Source: Eledone cirrhosa
Lineage: Eukaryota
Reading direction: 5' to 3'
Assembly (NCBI GenBank): GCA_964016885.1
Contig: OZ024742.1
Coordinates: 365,304,001-365,368,000 of the forward strand
Length of the DNA stretch: 64,000 nucleotides
Shown piece after piece: positions 14,001 to 27,514 of this stretch. A model generated the notes under the pieces. The model was not told where the DNA came from. It searched no databases and saw nothing but the letters and a program-made list of their open reading frames with translations. How positions within the stretch are numbered: position 1 is the first letter of the stretch; each line of letters starts with the position of its first letter. The position numbers and the translations under genes are program-made.

Positions 14001-14229
14001 GAATGATTCTCTTCGACTTTGGACCGGCTCGATAGCAGATGTTGCCAGAGACAGACGAAGGCGGATCATTTTATCTGACGTTGGACCGGCTTGATAGCAG
14101 ATGTTGCCGGAGACAGACGAAGGCGAATCATTCTATCTGACGTTGGACCGGTTCAATAGCAGATGTTGCCGGAGACAAACAAAGGCGAATGATTCTATCT
14201 AATGTTGGACCGGCTCAATAGCAGATGTT
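14001..14229. repeat. 62-bp minisatellite, about 3.6 copies
   Basis: ggaccgg recurs at 14021, 14083, 14145 and 14207. Confidence 0.9.
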
Positions 14230-15726
14230 AAGGAAGCTTGATAGAAATCTTAGGAAAGAAGCTGGGAACTTATTAAACATACACATATTTTTTCAGTAAT
14301 ATTTACTAAGGTTACAAAGATCCATTTAGAGATAAGATTAGAAATACATATTGGTAACAATTGTTTACAACAGGTTAAACATCCGACTTTTTTCCATTCT
14401 TTAATCTCATTAGAAACTGAGTACTGTAGTGAAATATGTGGGGAGGGGGTCAAGATTTTGGGAGATAAACTGGAATAACTTTACAAAAACAAATAGTCAT
14501 AACTAGTATTATATACAATTTATTCTTGATATTTTTAGCTTCAAGTACAGGGATCGTTTTATACACAAGTTTTATTAAATAAAATTTACATTATTCAAAG
14601 GTTATATTATACACAATTTATACTATATACAATGATATTTCATATATAAAGATATATCATACACTATCTATATTATATACAAGTATATTATACACAAGTG
14701 ATATTATACAAAAATATATACCATAGACAATGTATGCTATACAATGTTGACAATGTATACTATACCAAAATATATATTATACACAAATTGTTCTATGCAC
14801 AAGTAACGCTATACCCAAATATATACGGTATATTGAACGCCTCTATTCCTACCTATACTTTTGAGATTTCACAGATTAATAGGAGGTAAGGAAAGTTGGT
14901 TTTATTTTATTTTATTGTTGTTTTTTTTATTCTTTCTTAGTCCAACAACAAATATCTTAACTACATACGTGATTCACCTTCCAGCAGTTTGATATATGTT
15001 TAAAACTTTCCCTATTTTTCTCGTCTATTTCATTTCCTTCTCATCCTATCTCTGTCTGTCTATCAATCTTTCTCTTTCATTCTGTATATCTATCTTTATC
15101 TGATTTCCTTCATATTTCTAGCTCTGGCCATAAACAAAACAAACCCAGTAACATAATAGAGAAATCTTTCCTGAAATACTAATCTGATTTAGCCAGAAAA
15201 GCTTCCATTTTATCAGTTGGTCCTTCAGGCAAATTCTCCGTTTATCTAGCTAACTAAGAAGCGTGGCATGCCTACAACATTTGCTTCGATCCACCCATCC
15301 TTTACGTTTAACATCTGATTTTTATTGTCTTAATTTTCTCTTGCGTTTATCTGAAATATATTTACTTGTATAATTGTACATTTGTAGGTTTTCTCTTTTC
15401 TCTGTCCTCTAATGTCGACTGCATGTTAAATCTATTTACATTCAATTAACAATCATGTCAGATTTGTCGCATCGCTATTAGACCCTAAAAGCCTCGGGGA
15501 TAACTTACTAATTACGCTCTTCTCATCAGTTCCCAACAAATCTGATCTATTTATATACCTATCTTGCACTACACTCTACACAACCAATTATACACTTTTA
15601 TTTTATTTTTTCTCAAATTGTGTCAGTTGGATCTTAAAACATTGACACATCTTTTTGTTAGAATCACCTATGACAATACGCTCTGTCTGATTGCGTTATG
15701 CATATATATACATATATAAATATAGA

Positions 15727-15757
<31 letters not shown>

Positions 15758-15759
<2 letters not shown>

Positions 15760-15954
15760 CAAAGGAAATGTGGTAAGGAACCAGATGGACCATAACGCAC
15801 CAGAGTACTCAATACTTAGGGTAGTAGAGTGGGAAATAGGAAAACGTATGACCCCGACGGCAGAGCTCAAGCCGTTTCGACGGGTATTTCTGGACTAAAG
15901 TCCCGAAATAGCTTTCGAAACGGCTTGAGCTCTGCCGTCGGGGTCATACTTTTT

Positions 15955-15959
<5 letters not shown>
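15758..15959. mobile_element. Fold-back mini-element in (TA)n with a half hammerhead
   Basis: Inverted arms ~15836-15880 and 15915-15959 carry GAAA-cggc..gccg-TC (stem III plus GUC site). The tail 15758-15815 resembles 18920-18980. Confidence 0.6.
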
Positions 15960-16017
<58 letters not shown>

Positions 16018-16384
16018 ACATAATCATACACACAAATATATATATATATATACATAAACGTATACACGCGCATATATATATATATATTTATATATACATA
16101 AACATATACATATATATATACACATATGCATATATATATATACACATATACATATATATACACATATATATATAGCATATATATATACAGATATACATAT
16201 ATATATACACATAAACACATATATATATACAAATATACATACATATATATACACATAAACATATATACATATATATATATATACAAATATATACATATAT
16301 ACATAAATATATATAGAATAATTTATACATATATACACATACATATATACAAATATACATACATATATACACAAACATATATAT

Positions 16385-16813
16385 ACAATATATTAACAAA
16401 TGGAAACTATATTTATAAAACCATATTTATTTCATTATACATATGTCAAGGACACCAAAGCAAATTATGGTGCGCTTTCATCAGATAAAATATAATATAG
16501 ATCAGTTTTATAAACAAATATTGACATACCCTATTGACTATCCGAGAGCTTCCAACCGACATGGTCGCATTCTTTAAGGGTATGTCAATATTTGTTTATA
16601 AAACTGATCTATATTATATTTTATCTGATGAAAGCGCAACATAATTTGCTTTGGTATCCTTGAAATATGTATAATGAAATAAATATGGTTTTATAAATAT
16701 AGTTTCCATTTGTTAATATATTGTCTTTTTAATCCAAAAATTTGTTGAGTGCTTTATATCAGTTATAAAAATATTTGCTTGTTGTATCCCAACAAATTAA
16801 ATATAACTTCTAC
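16385..16813. mobile_element. Non-coding fold-back PLE-type element with an HHR in each arm
   Basis: Arms 16385-16532 and 16577-16723. HHR 16619-16679 (+) is intact; HHR 16430-16490 (-) has GAAA>GACA. Unique 3' tail, flanked by TA-rich microsatellite. Confidence 0.85.
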
Positions 16814-16814
16814 A

Positions 16815-18058
<1,244 letters not shown>

Positions 18059-18063
<5 letters not shown>

Positions 18064-18796
18064 GTTAAAACGATCAAATTTTAGTTTAGAACATTTATTA
18101 GCTGACAATTGTTTCTTCCAGAGGGAAGTCTGGAATCATCGGAGTATAAGGAATGTCGAAACATGTAACTAAAATCCCAGTCATTTAAAACATTTAGGGT
18201 ACATAATTGTTATTAGTGTCAAAGGCATCATGTGGAGAGTTAGGAGTTAAAAAGATGTTCTGCTTGAAAGAACACAATTAGAGGCCGCACTGGTTGGAAG
18301 CGTAATAGGTATAAGTAAAAAGCACAAGCAAAAAAAACACAAGTTAAAAGAACAGGCAAAAAATTATAAGCAAGAAAAATTGGAGTCAATACAGTCAATA
18401 AGGCATGTATGATGAGGAAAGAGTTATATTTTTTTTTTGCTTGTGCTTTTTACTTATACCTATTACACTTCCAACCGGTGCTGCCTGTAATTGTGTTCTT
18501 TCAAGCAGAACATCTTTTTAACTCCTGACTCTCCACATGATGCCTTTGACACTAATAACAATTATGTACCCTAAATGTTCTAAATGACTAGGATTTTAGT
18601 AACATGGTTCAACATTCCTTATGCTCCGATGATTCCAGACTTCCCTCTGGAAGAAACATTTGTCAGCTAATAAATGTTCTAAACTAAAATTTGATCGTTT
18701 TAACACTTTGTATCTCGGCTCTGTAAAACACTTGAAAATTTGCATTGAGCCTTTTGTCATGTCGGTTACCGGCTAGTACTTGGTACTACCCTACAT
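18059..18796. mobile_element. Non-coding fold-back element, ~280-bp arms, HHR in each arm
   Basis: Arms 18059-18338 and 18432-18709. gct-CCGATGA-ttccaga cttccc tctggaa-GAAA-ca(a/t)ttg-TC|-agc-t-AATAAA at 18623-18667 (+) and 18101-18145 (-). Confidence 0.85.
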
Positions 18797-18823
18797 ATTT
18801 ATAGTTATATCAAACATATATAA

Positions 18824-18924
<101 letters not shown>

Positions 18925-19479
18925 AAGGGTGTGGTATGATAGCAGGTGGACCATAACCCACCAGAGTACTCGATGCTTACATATATGTGTATGTGTGTTC
19001 GTATATATGCAACCCATGATATATACACATTCAGACAATACATTTCCTGTCATCGACATGCACTGCTATATATTGTGTAATGTCGTCATATCTACACTGT
19101 CGATTCTGTGAGTGGGAGACTTTCACATGAAATCTACCTCAAGTATTCTTACTCATTGATGTTTGAGACAAAGAAGTAGTAGTTTTTTTAAATAATACTG
19201 TGACGTCATATTGATTAAACCATTCACATATCATGAAATGGTAAACCAGATATAGACAGTGACTTTTTAATTGAAATCTGATAAAAGGTTATTTATAGAT
19301 TATGAATTATATAAGAGGCATCTCACCCTCCAGTCTACTGAATGGAAATGTCTCTAGTTTGCAGTTTTTATGACTGTGAAGGCCATAAATACACAGGATC
19401 GGTATGGCGTTGGATTAAGAATACCTTGGTATTAGTGGCAAATAACGGAATTATTATCTTCTTGTTGTTGTTATCATTT

Positions 19480-19776
19480 AATGTTGCCTTTCATTCTTAC
19501 GGGGCCGATACAATAAAGTACCAGGAATGCACTGGGGTCGATTTAATCGATGTTCACCTCTTCCCAAATTAATGGTCTTCTGCCAATAGTAGAAATCGTT
19601 ATTATTATAATTATTGGAGTGGTGAATTGGCAGAATCAGTAAAGTGTCGGAGAATATGTCATGTGATTCTTGTTTCAGTTCCCTGTGGGTGAAGGTCAAG
19701 TCTTGCCGGGGTCAACTTGACCCTTCAATCCTTTCGATCGAGGCCGGTCGATAAATAATGCACCATGCGGGTACTG

Positions 19777-19780
<4 letters not shown>
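19480..19780 (+). mobile_element. Two adjacent degenerate tRNA-derived SINE copies
   Basis: gcctttcattcttacggggccgata..aaagtacc core; A-box-like ggtgaattggcagaat at 19621. Confidence 0.65.
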
Positions 19781-19822
<42 letters not shown>

Positions 19823-20121
19823 CCTCTCTCTCGCTCTCTCGCTCGCTCTCTCTCTCTCTCTCTTTCTCTCTCATCCACTCGTTCTCTTCCCCCTCGCTCT
19901 TTGTCCTTCTCTCTATCGAAGAAGAAGAAGAATACAGTAATGTCCCGTCCTCGTGAAGGAGGGGCTCTACCACATTTCAGGAAGGCGTCCCTACATCTCC
20001 ATCAATGTTAAGTCCTCCCCAAGAATTACTTTAGATGTCTTCACCTACAGGACTGTATAATTGCCTCCGGGTATTTGTCTATCTGTTTGTCTTTCTGTCT
20101 CCGCAACACACACTCTCTCTC

Positions 20122-20204
<83 letters not shown>

Positions 20205-20336
20205 CGCCACATCTGTCTGTCTATCTATCCCTCAATCTCACTCACTGTCTTACTGTCTATCTATCTATCTGTCTATCTGTATATCTGTCTATCTGTCTAT
20301 CCTAAATCTCACTCACTGTCTATCTATCTATCTATC

Positions 20337-23300
20337 CAACTGGCCGATAGGTATCAACTAGATTTCACGACTGCGCCACAGTGGACGTGGACAAACCGCA
20401 GTGGGACATCTACATCGTAATTAGACAGGTTCTTTATTAGAGAGAGACAAGAAGATGTTAATCTGTCCCCAAATGCACATGGTTGCCTATTCAGACCACT
20501 AACTAGTCATCTGCATAGTCAACCGTGATAGAATACATAGACAAGGACCCAGATACTGAAAGTTGAACGTGTCGCTACCGACACGTAAAACCTACAGTGA
20601 ACGGATAAGTAGATTAGTTAAGTAACATTTGACGGGAGCCATCGCCAACAACAGATGGTGGTACTCTCTCTCGAGAGCAATTAGAGTAGAGTCGATAGAC
20701 TTTAGCAGAGAATTAGCCTTAGAGAAAACCAAACAGAAACGGAACTACGAGCCAAGGTAGAAGAGGCGCTTAGGAGTGGCAAAGCAGCTAGAGTGCTAGC
20801 ATCGATAACGGCTCTGGACCAGTTTTCCGACGCGAAACACGAAGGTTGCCTGGTCAGAAGTAAATCACGTGCTCTAGGAAACGAGGGATAAAAAGCTGTT
20901 AACTGGGCCCGAGTGGCAGAGGCAAAACGTGGGAACAAGTCCACGATTCGGTCTTTGAAAGACCAAAACGGACACATGCTACTTGACCCCAAGCGGATGT
21001 GCGCGGCCTTTCAGCGGCACTTTGCGCAACTGTTCGAGCAGAGACGCGGTGCATCGAACGAGGCAATGGACTTCGGTTCTTACCTTACGGCCTGCCGCGT
21101 CTCTCGAGCATGGACGCCGAGTTCGGCGAAAGACCGATCACATCCATTGAGATACGGGACGCTCTGGGCCGCTGCGGGAAACGCAAATCACCCGGTCTAG
21201 ATGGTATACCCTATGAGTTTTACATAGGCATGCCGTCTACTGCAACTGGCAGCAGAACGGGAGAATTCCCAGTTCTGCAGGCAGGGGCGTAGTAACGCTG
21301 ATCAGGAAAGACAAGAACAAGAGGGACGAACTAAGTAACTTTAGGCCCATAATTGTGCTCAACACACAGTTAAAGATTTTGGCCAAGGTGTTGGCAACGA
21401 GGTTGGTGCTTGTCATCGAGAACCTGGTAGGGAAAGCGCAAACATGTGCAATCTCGACCAGATCCATACACGACAACCTCCACCTCATGCGATACAACAT
21501 AGAGAGGGTGGGGTGTAAACCCGGCTTAGGTGGAGCTCTGATCAATTTAGATCAGTCTAAGGCGTTCGATAGAGTCGACCATCAATACTGGGAAGTGGTT
21601 CTCAAGGCGGCCGGTTTTGGACGCGTCTTCAGAGGTTGGATCGCCGCAATGCACACCAACATCTGCTCGATGGTCAAGGTGAACGACTACCTATCGGAGC
21701 CGTTCGCAATCACGCGTTCCATACAACAGGGATGCCCTCTCTCCTCTATTGTGTACGTACTGACTCTAGAGCCACTACTGCGGAAGTTGGAGCTGCTGCA
21801 GGGCTTTCAGTTGGAATCGGAAATGCGGAAAGCGGCGTCGGCCTATGCCGACGACATGACAGTAGTGGTGTCAGAAACCTCGGAAATCAGGGCGATCGGC
21901 AACTTACTGCAATAATACGAAAGGCTCACAGGAGCAAAACAGAACCCAGACAAGTCTGTCGGTCTGCAACTCGGTACATGGAGAGGAAAACCGATGCCGT
22001 CCGACAGCGTAGTCGGACACTGGACGGACCGGTGAAATTGCTCGGGGTCTGGTTCTGTCCAGACCTCCAGGTGGAGAAAAATTGGAACGAGGTAACGGCC
22101 AAGGTATTTGCGCTCACCCAGAAGTGGGCAGAGTGCAAACTATCCTTGAAAGGTCGAGCGGAGGTGGCGAACACTTTCATAGCATCCGTCATCTACTACC
22201 GCTTGACCGTCGTGCATTGTCCCCTTGAACACATCACCAAGATGGAACGCATTCTCCAGTTCCTTTGGAAAAAGCAGGCTCCACTGCTGAGGAGATCCGT
22301 CTGCTGTCACCACCCTTCTAACAGAGGACTGGGAATGCCGTGGCTGATGATGCACAAACATGCGCTGAGGCTACGGCATTCCAGGTATTCCTCACCGCTT
22401 GTGAGACAGGCCTTCCCGCAACTTGTCTCACTGATGGAGCTGCAGTCCTGGGTCAAGCGGAGACCGAAGAAGATGGATACCTGGCACATTGAATGCGCTC
22501 AGGCGCTCACAGTCCTCTGGCAAGCGGGCACAGCAATCAGTGGAGACTCGACTTAAACATTCTATAGAGAGTTAGTATGTCACAAGGGCGATGACGTGCT
22601 CGTAGAGACTCTAGGCGTCGAAGACGACGAACTCACCAATCTGTTTGGGAGGACTTTCTGCCTTGGTCCTATGGACAACTTCCAGAGGTCTCTGGCTTGG
22701 CAGTGCTACTGACGAGCTCTATCAGTTCGTGACAAGACCAACAGGAACGGACGCCCCAGCAGGGATCCTTCCAAGAGGACGTGTCTAAGATGCGGGCAGG
22801 ACATTGAAACTGTCTTGCACTCAATTGTACACTGCCCGGGCGTAACCGACCTGTGGAACTATGCAGAATAACTGCTGTCGCGTATGGGACAAATCCAGTT
22901 GACGGCCGAGTGCATAGTAAGGATCAAACCGCCAGCCTCTTTCAAAAACAAAAGAGAGGCGGTTTTCCTCTGTACAATGGCTATGGTGAAAGAGGTCATA
23001 TGGTGGACGAGATTGAGAGGACTGAGGACAGATGCCTTTTACTCTGGACTACAACTCATTCCCTTCTTTAGGTACCACTTTAGAAGGAGAATCAGAATGG
23101 AGAGAGAGGCACTGCAGCCCAGTAAATTTATTGAAAGGTGGGTGAATGTGGCAAAAATGGCCCGAGTGATTGGGCCTTCTCTGTATATAAGCCTGTAGGT
23201 TGAAGAAGAGAGGAAAAGGAGAAAGGGAACACTTGCACGACACGCTCCTAAAGTTGAGGGTTGTTCTATCGACGGGGTATTAAACAACCCATTTGTGGCG

Positions 23301-23433
23301 GTTCCCCCCTATTGGGGATTTCGATTTTTAAATTTGTTTGTTTCAATATTTTTACACGATTGTATGTAAAATCCCCGGCATGTGTCCTTGTTTTGTCCCC
23401 TTTTCTTGTGCGCCCTTGTGGCTAATAAATAAT
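20337..23433 (+). mobile_element. Tx1/L1-like LINE, 5'-truncated and decayed (APE C-terminus, RT, C-terminal Zn finger)
   Basis: WTWTN..LDRF, YSDH, KSPGLDGIPYEFY, NFRPI, LDQSKAFDRVDH, QGCPLS, AYADD and CxxC..H..C. Ends in AATAAA, flanked by (CTAT/CTGT)n. Confidence 0.92.
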
Positions 23434-23497
23434 TATATCTGTCTGTCTGTCTATCCCTCAATCTGTCTCACTGTCTGTCTATCTGTCTATCTGTCTA

Positions 23498-23553
23498 AAC
23501 TTCCCCCTTTTTATTTTTCCCCTTCTTTTGTGCCCCTGTGGCTAATAAAGAAA
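23498..23553 (+). mobile_element. Short 3'-tail copy of the Tx1-like family
   Basis: ccccttcttttgtgcccctgtggctaataaagaaa, inside the TCTA/TCTG repeat. Confidence 0.7.
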
Positions 23554-24149
23554 CATATCTGTCTAGCTGTCTGTCTTTCCCTCTATCTGTATCACTGTGT
23601 CTGTCTGCAGGAGTTTCTCTATTAATTAATTCAATATATTTAAGTGTTGAGTAAACTGTTTATATGAAAGCATGTGCTTAACGTTATGCTTTATAATTAC
23701 GTAATTGCTTCTACAAATAAGAAATGTCTTTTTGGAATTGAATTTCAGATGCAATTAAAGCTAATTAAGGCCAAAGTTCTTAATGAATATTGAATATAGC
23801 ATTCGGTTTATTCCATTTTAGCATTATACTTCGGTATTGTTTTACCCATTATTGGGAATCTTCTCTGGTTTTTCCAAAGGAAACTGACGTTAATGTTAGA
23901 AAACTAACTAAATGAAGAATAACATTGAAAAGATGGACATGGTCGATCTTTTCAATCGAAGAGTTAAAGGTTGATAGACACAAGATTGATAATAGTAATA
24001 ATAATAATAATAAACAATAGTTTATTAACGACACAAATAATAAGAATTATGGATAATATATGGATAAAATATTCAAATATGGAGATAGAAATAACCTGAA
24101 TGTGGATAATGAAATCAATCCCTAAAATAATAGGTGCTGTGAGAATGAC

Positions 24150-24235
<86 letters not shown>

Positions 24236-24246
24236 TAGTAGTAGTA
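24150..24246. repeat. (GTA)n(GCA)n(GTA)n microsatellite
   Basis: Direct reading. Confidence 0.95.
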
Positions 24247-24537
24247 TTTACACCATCTAGCAACCACAATCCAGCCTAAAGCAATGAAAATATCAACAAT
24301 CTCAACAGAAACAAATAAAATTAAACTGAAATGTCATGGCCGACAGTGTACTGTTTAGGGCAAACACAGATTTTAACATCATCATCATGGCTAGCAGCAT
24401 ATGTTTAAAACACGAGATTGAAGGATATTATAGTTATATAAATATCACGATATATTTGTTGGTTAGCTTATTTTTCGTTTTTTTAATTGTTTTCTCTTAT
24501 TTACTTTACAATTAATTGTCTATTATTTCTATTACAA

Positions 24538-24728
24538 AGGGCGGTGGATTGGCAGAATTGGTAGAGGATTGGAATGCTTTCCAGCATAGTTACGTCCCTT
24601 TACGATCTGTGTTCAAATCCCGCCAAGGTTAACTTTGCCTTTCATCCTTACGAGGTCGATAAAATAAAGTACCAGTAATGTACTGGGTAATTGCTGGCCT
24701 TGTGCCAAAAGTAGAAACAATTATTTCT
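24538..24728 (+). mobile_element. tRNA-derived SINE, near full length
   Basis: A-box ggattggcagaattgg, B-box gttcaaatcc, conserved core gcctttcatccttacgaggtcgataaaataaagtaccag. attatttctattacaaagg occurs on both sides. Confidence 0.85.
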
Positions 24729-24974
24729 ATTACAAAGGTCTTTCGTCATAGAATATGATGCTGCTGTTGTTAGTTTATTTATAACAAGTGGAAATGAAGC
24801 TGGGTGAGGCCCCTTTCAATATATTTAATGCTACAGAGTAATTTGGGATTTGTGTGGAGTTTTAGCCCCGAAAGATCCTACCTGGTCTGCTGCCCCACTA
24901 TTGGCGATTTGTTCTTGTTACAGATTTATTATCATATTTATGATTTTGTTGACTTAAACCTTTTTTAATCGATA

Positions 24975-25661
24975 CTAGCAGAATGGCCCGGCGTTGCTCG
25001 GGATTCTAAACATAGATTGGCATGTTTATCCCTCCTTTCTGAAACAGTACAGAGAAGTACGGAATACCTCAACCTCGGGATGGTGTATACATTTTGTGCT
25101 TATAAAAAAAATTCGTACAGTATTACTGTTGAAAATATATTGTATAGTATTTCTGTGAACGCAGAAGTAAATATTTCGAAAAACGTTGCAACCGAAGGAA
25201 AACAGGAAGACGTTACTTTGGTTCGTGAAGACGTTCCCTGTCAATGAACGGAAAATAGCGAAGATAATACGTCAGCAATGAGAACATTATTTGCTCTAGG
25301 TTTCTTATATATTTTATATATATTTATCCTTATCGAGCCTCGTGAAATAAATACGTTTGTTTATATTTTGTTATTGTTTTCATAATGTCGTAATGCAGAC
25401 GGCCAAACATACAGACATATATTATAAGGGCGCGACGTTATAGCAATGTATCTATCTAAAATGACAGACTAAGAAAGAGAGAGATATCGCTAACCGGCGC
25501 CTAATACGGTCTCTAGGGCATTGAATTTTTGCTCAAATCCCTCACATGACCATAAATATTAGATGTGTAAAGTTTGAAAAAATCGGTTGGGTGGTTCTCG
25601 AGTTTTAGGGGGGCAGACAAACAGACAGACATACAGACATTATTTGTTTTAGATATATAGA
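24975..25661 (-). mobile_element. Complete non-autonomous Helitron (~687 bp)
   Basis: The minus strand starts A|TCTATATATCTAAAA..(GTCT)n..AACCGATTTT and ends with hairpin CCCGAGCAACGCCGGG + CTAG|T. The 3' hairpin is shared with the element at 1509. Confidence 0.88.
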
Positions 25662-25855
25662 TAAATCCCAGTCTATGTTGTGTTGTTATTTGCCTTTGTA
25701 ATGTCCTCAACTTGTTAAGCCCCTGTGGCAAATAAAATATATTTGTTGTTCTTTTATTATTGAAGGTTATATGGGTTGAGTGTCTTTACAGACTCGGGCA
25801 AAATACTTCATTATTCTTAAAAAATGTAATCAATATATATCATGGCTCTTAATTT

Positions 25856-26120
25856 TCTCGCTGTGGTCAACTTTACGTTCTCACTTCAAATCTCGCTGTA
25901 GTCAACTTTAGGTTCTCACTTCAAATCTCGCTGTAGTCAACTTTAGGTTCTCACTTCAAATCTCGCTGTAGTCAACTTTAGGTTCTCACTTCAAATCTCG
26001 CTGTGGTCAACTTAACGTTCTCACTTCAAATCTCGCTGTGGTCAATTATACGTTCTCACTTCAAATCTCACTGTGATCAACTTTACGTTCTCACTTCAAA
26101 TCTCGCTGTAGGCAACTTTG
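25856..26120. repeat. 35-bp minisatellite (~7.5 copies) resembling the SINE B-box segment
   Basis: Unit tcacttcaaatctcgctgtagtcaactttaggttc versus SINE tgagttcaaatcccgccgaggttaacttt. Confidence 0.85.
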
Positions 26121-26254
26121 TTTTACAACATTCCGAATCAATAAAGTAATAGTCAATATGTAATCAACTGGCCCCGCCACCTTCCCCCAATTACTGACCT
26201 TGACCCTAAATTTGATATCATCATTATTACTATCGTTATTAATATTATCTCCAG

Positions 26255-26420
26255 AGTCGGACACCACGCTTTGAAGCATAAAGTTACGTCCCTTTATGAT
26301 CTGAGTTCAAATCCCGCCGAGGTTAACTTTACCTTTCATCCTTACGGGGTCGATAAAATAAAGTACCAGTAATGTACTGAGTAATAGCTGGCCTTGTCCC
26401 AAAAGTAGAAACAATTACTA
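26255..26420 (+). mobile_element. tRNA-derived SINE copy
   Basis: Same B-box and core as 24538-24728. Confidence 0.85.
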
Positions 26421-26568
26421 GTTATCAATAAAGAAATAATTATTATTATGGTTTCGATAAAACAAAGTACCTGTAATGAGCTGGGGTCGATTTAATCTGC
26501 GTCCTCCACCCACAAAATCGTTAGCCTTTTGTCTAAATCAGAAAACATTATTATTATTATTAGTAGTA

Positions 26569-26653
<85 letters not shown>

Positions 26654-26928
26654 AACGATGTAGTTGTTTATTGATAAAGCGGGACTGTACTTGAAAATAT
26701 TCCCGAACAAATCTGAACAGTTGTCTGATCAAAGGAAATAATCGAACTCCTCTTGTAGACAATTCATCCCCTTCTTTGTTGGGGTTATCTTAGCCTAAAT
26801 ATAGGCTTTTAAAATATATTGACTCTATTTCATAGACCAAAGGGAGTTGTTAGGGACAGAGTTCTATATGATATTGACTAGATCGACTATAGACATTATA
26901 TATGCATACATAGATACATATATATATA

Positions 26929-27009
<81 letters not shown>

Positions 27010-27012
<3 letters not shown>

Positions 27013-27290
27013 GGAGGTGAGTTTTATTGTAGTACAATAAAGCAATGCAGATATCGGATAAGAAGCACTCTACAGTTTGTAGGACTGGAGTATACATGAA
27101 TAGTGCAGTTGATTCAAATCTGCAATATGTTGATTCAAAACTGCACTATTCACAAGTGTATTTTAACCTTCATATCATGTCTTCCTATTTTATCTGATGA
27201 AAACACAAATGTTATTGCATGATGATATTTGTTTTTGAAATGCGCATAATAAAATACATGAAACTCTTTTAACCATCTTTTGATCTTATA
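27010..27290. mobile_element. PLE-type mini-element in (TA)n: inverted tail, hairpin junction, HHR
   Basis: HHR 27188-27254 (+): ttttat-CTGATGA-long stem II-GAAA-tgcgca-TA|-ataaaa. Hairpin at 27098-27152. The tail matches 60648-60735. Confidence 0.82.
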
Positions 27291-27304
27291 TATATATATA
27301 TATA

Positions 27305-27375
27305 TCATCATCATCATCATCATCATCAACGTTTAACGTTCGTGTTCCACGCTTGCATGGGTTTGGACGGGGGTT
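27305..27375 (-). mobile_element. LINE/SINE 3' tail with (GAT)n
   Basis: (CAT)n aacgtttaacgttcgtgttccacgcttgcatggg resembles a recalled cephalopod retroposon tail. Confidence 0.5.
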
Positions 27376-27428
27376 TTCCCACTTGAGGCAAGAGTGATTG
27401 TCTTGCTCGCATAGGACTGTCTGGCAGG

Positions 27429-27511
<83 letters not shown>

Positions 27512-27514
27512 TGT

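Noticed and set aside
14001-14229. CRISPR-like array
   Set aside because: The whole 62-bp unit repeats, with no unique spacers.
14250-15660. Possible decayed coding sequence on the minus strand
   Set aside because: Frequent stops and no motif I could recognise.
24538-24625. tRNA gene
   Set aside because: A/B boxes only with no cloverleaf, continuing into a SINE body.
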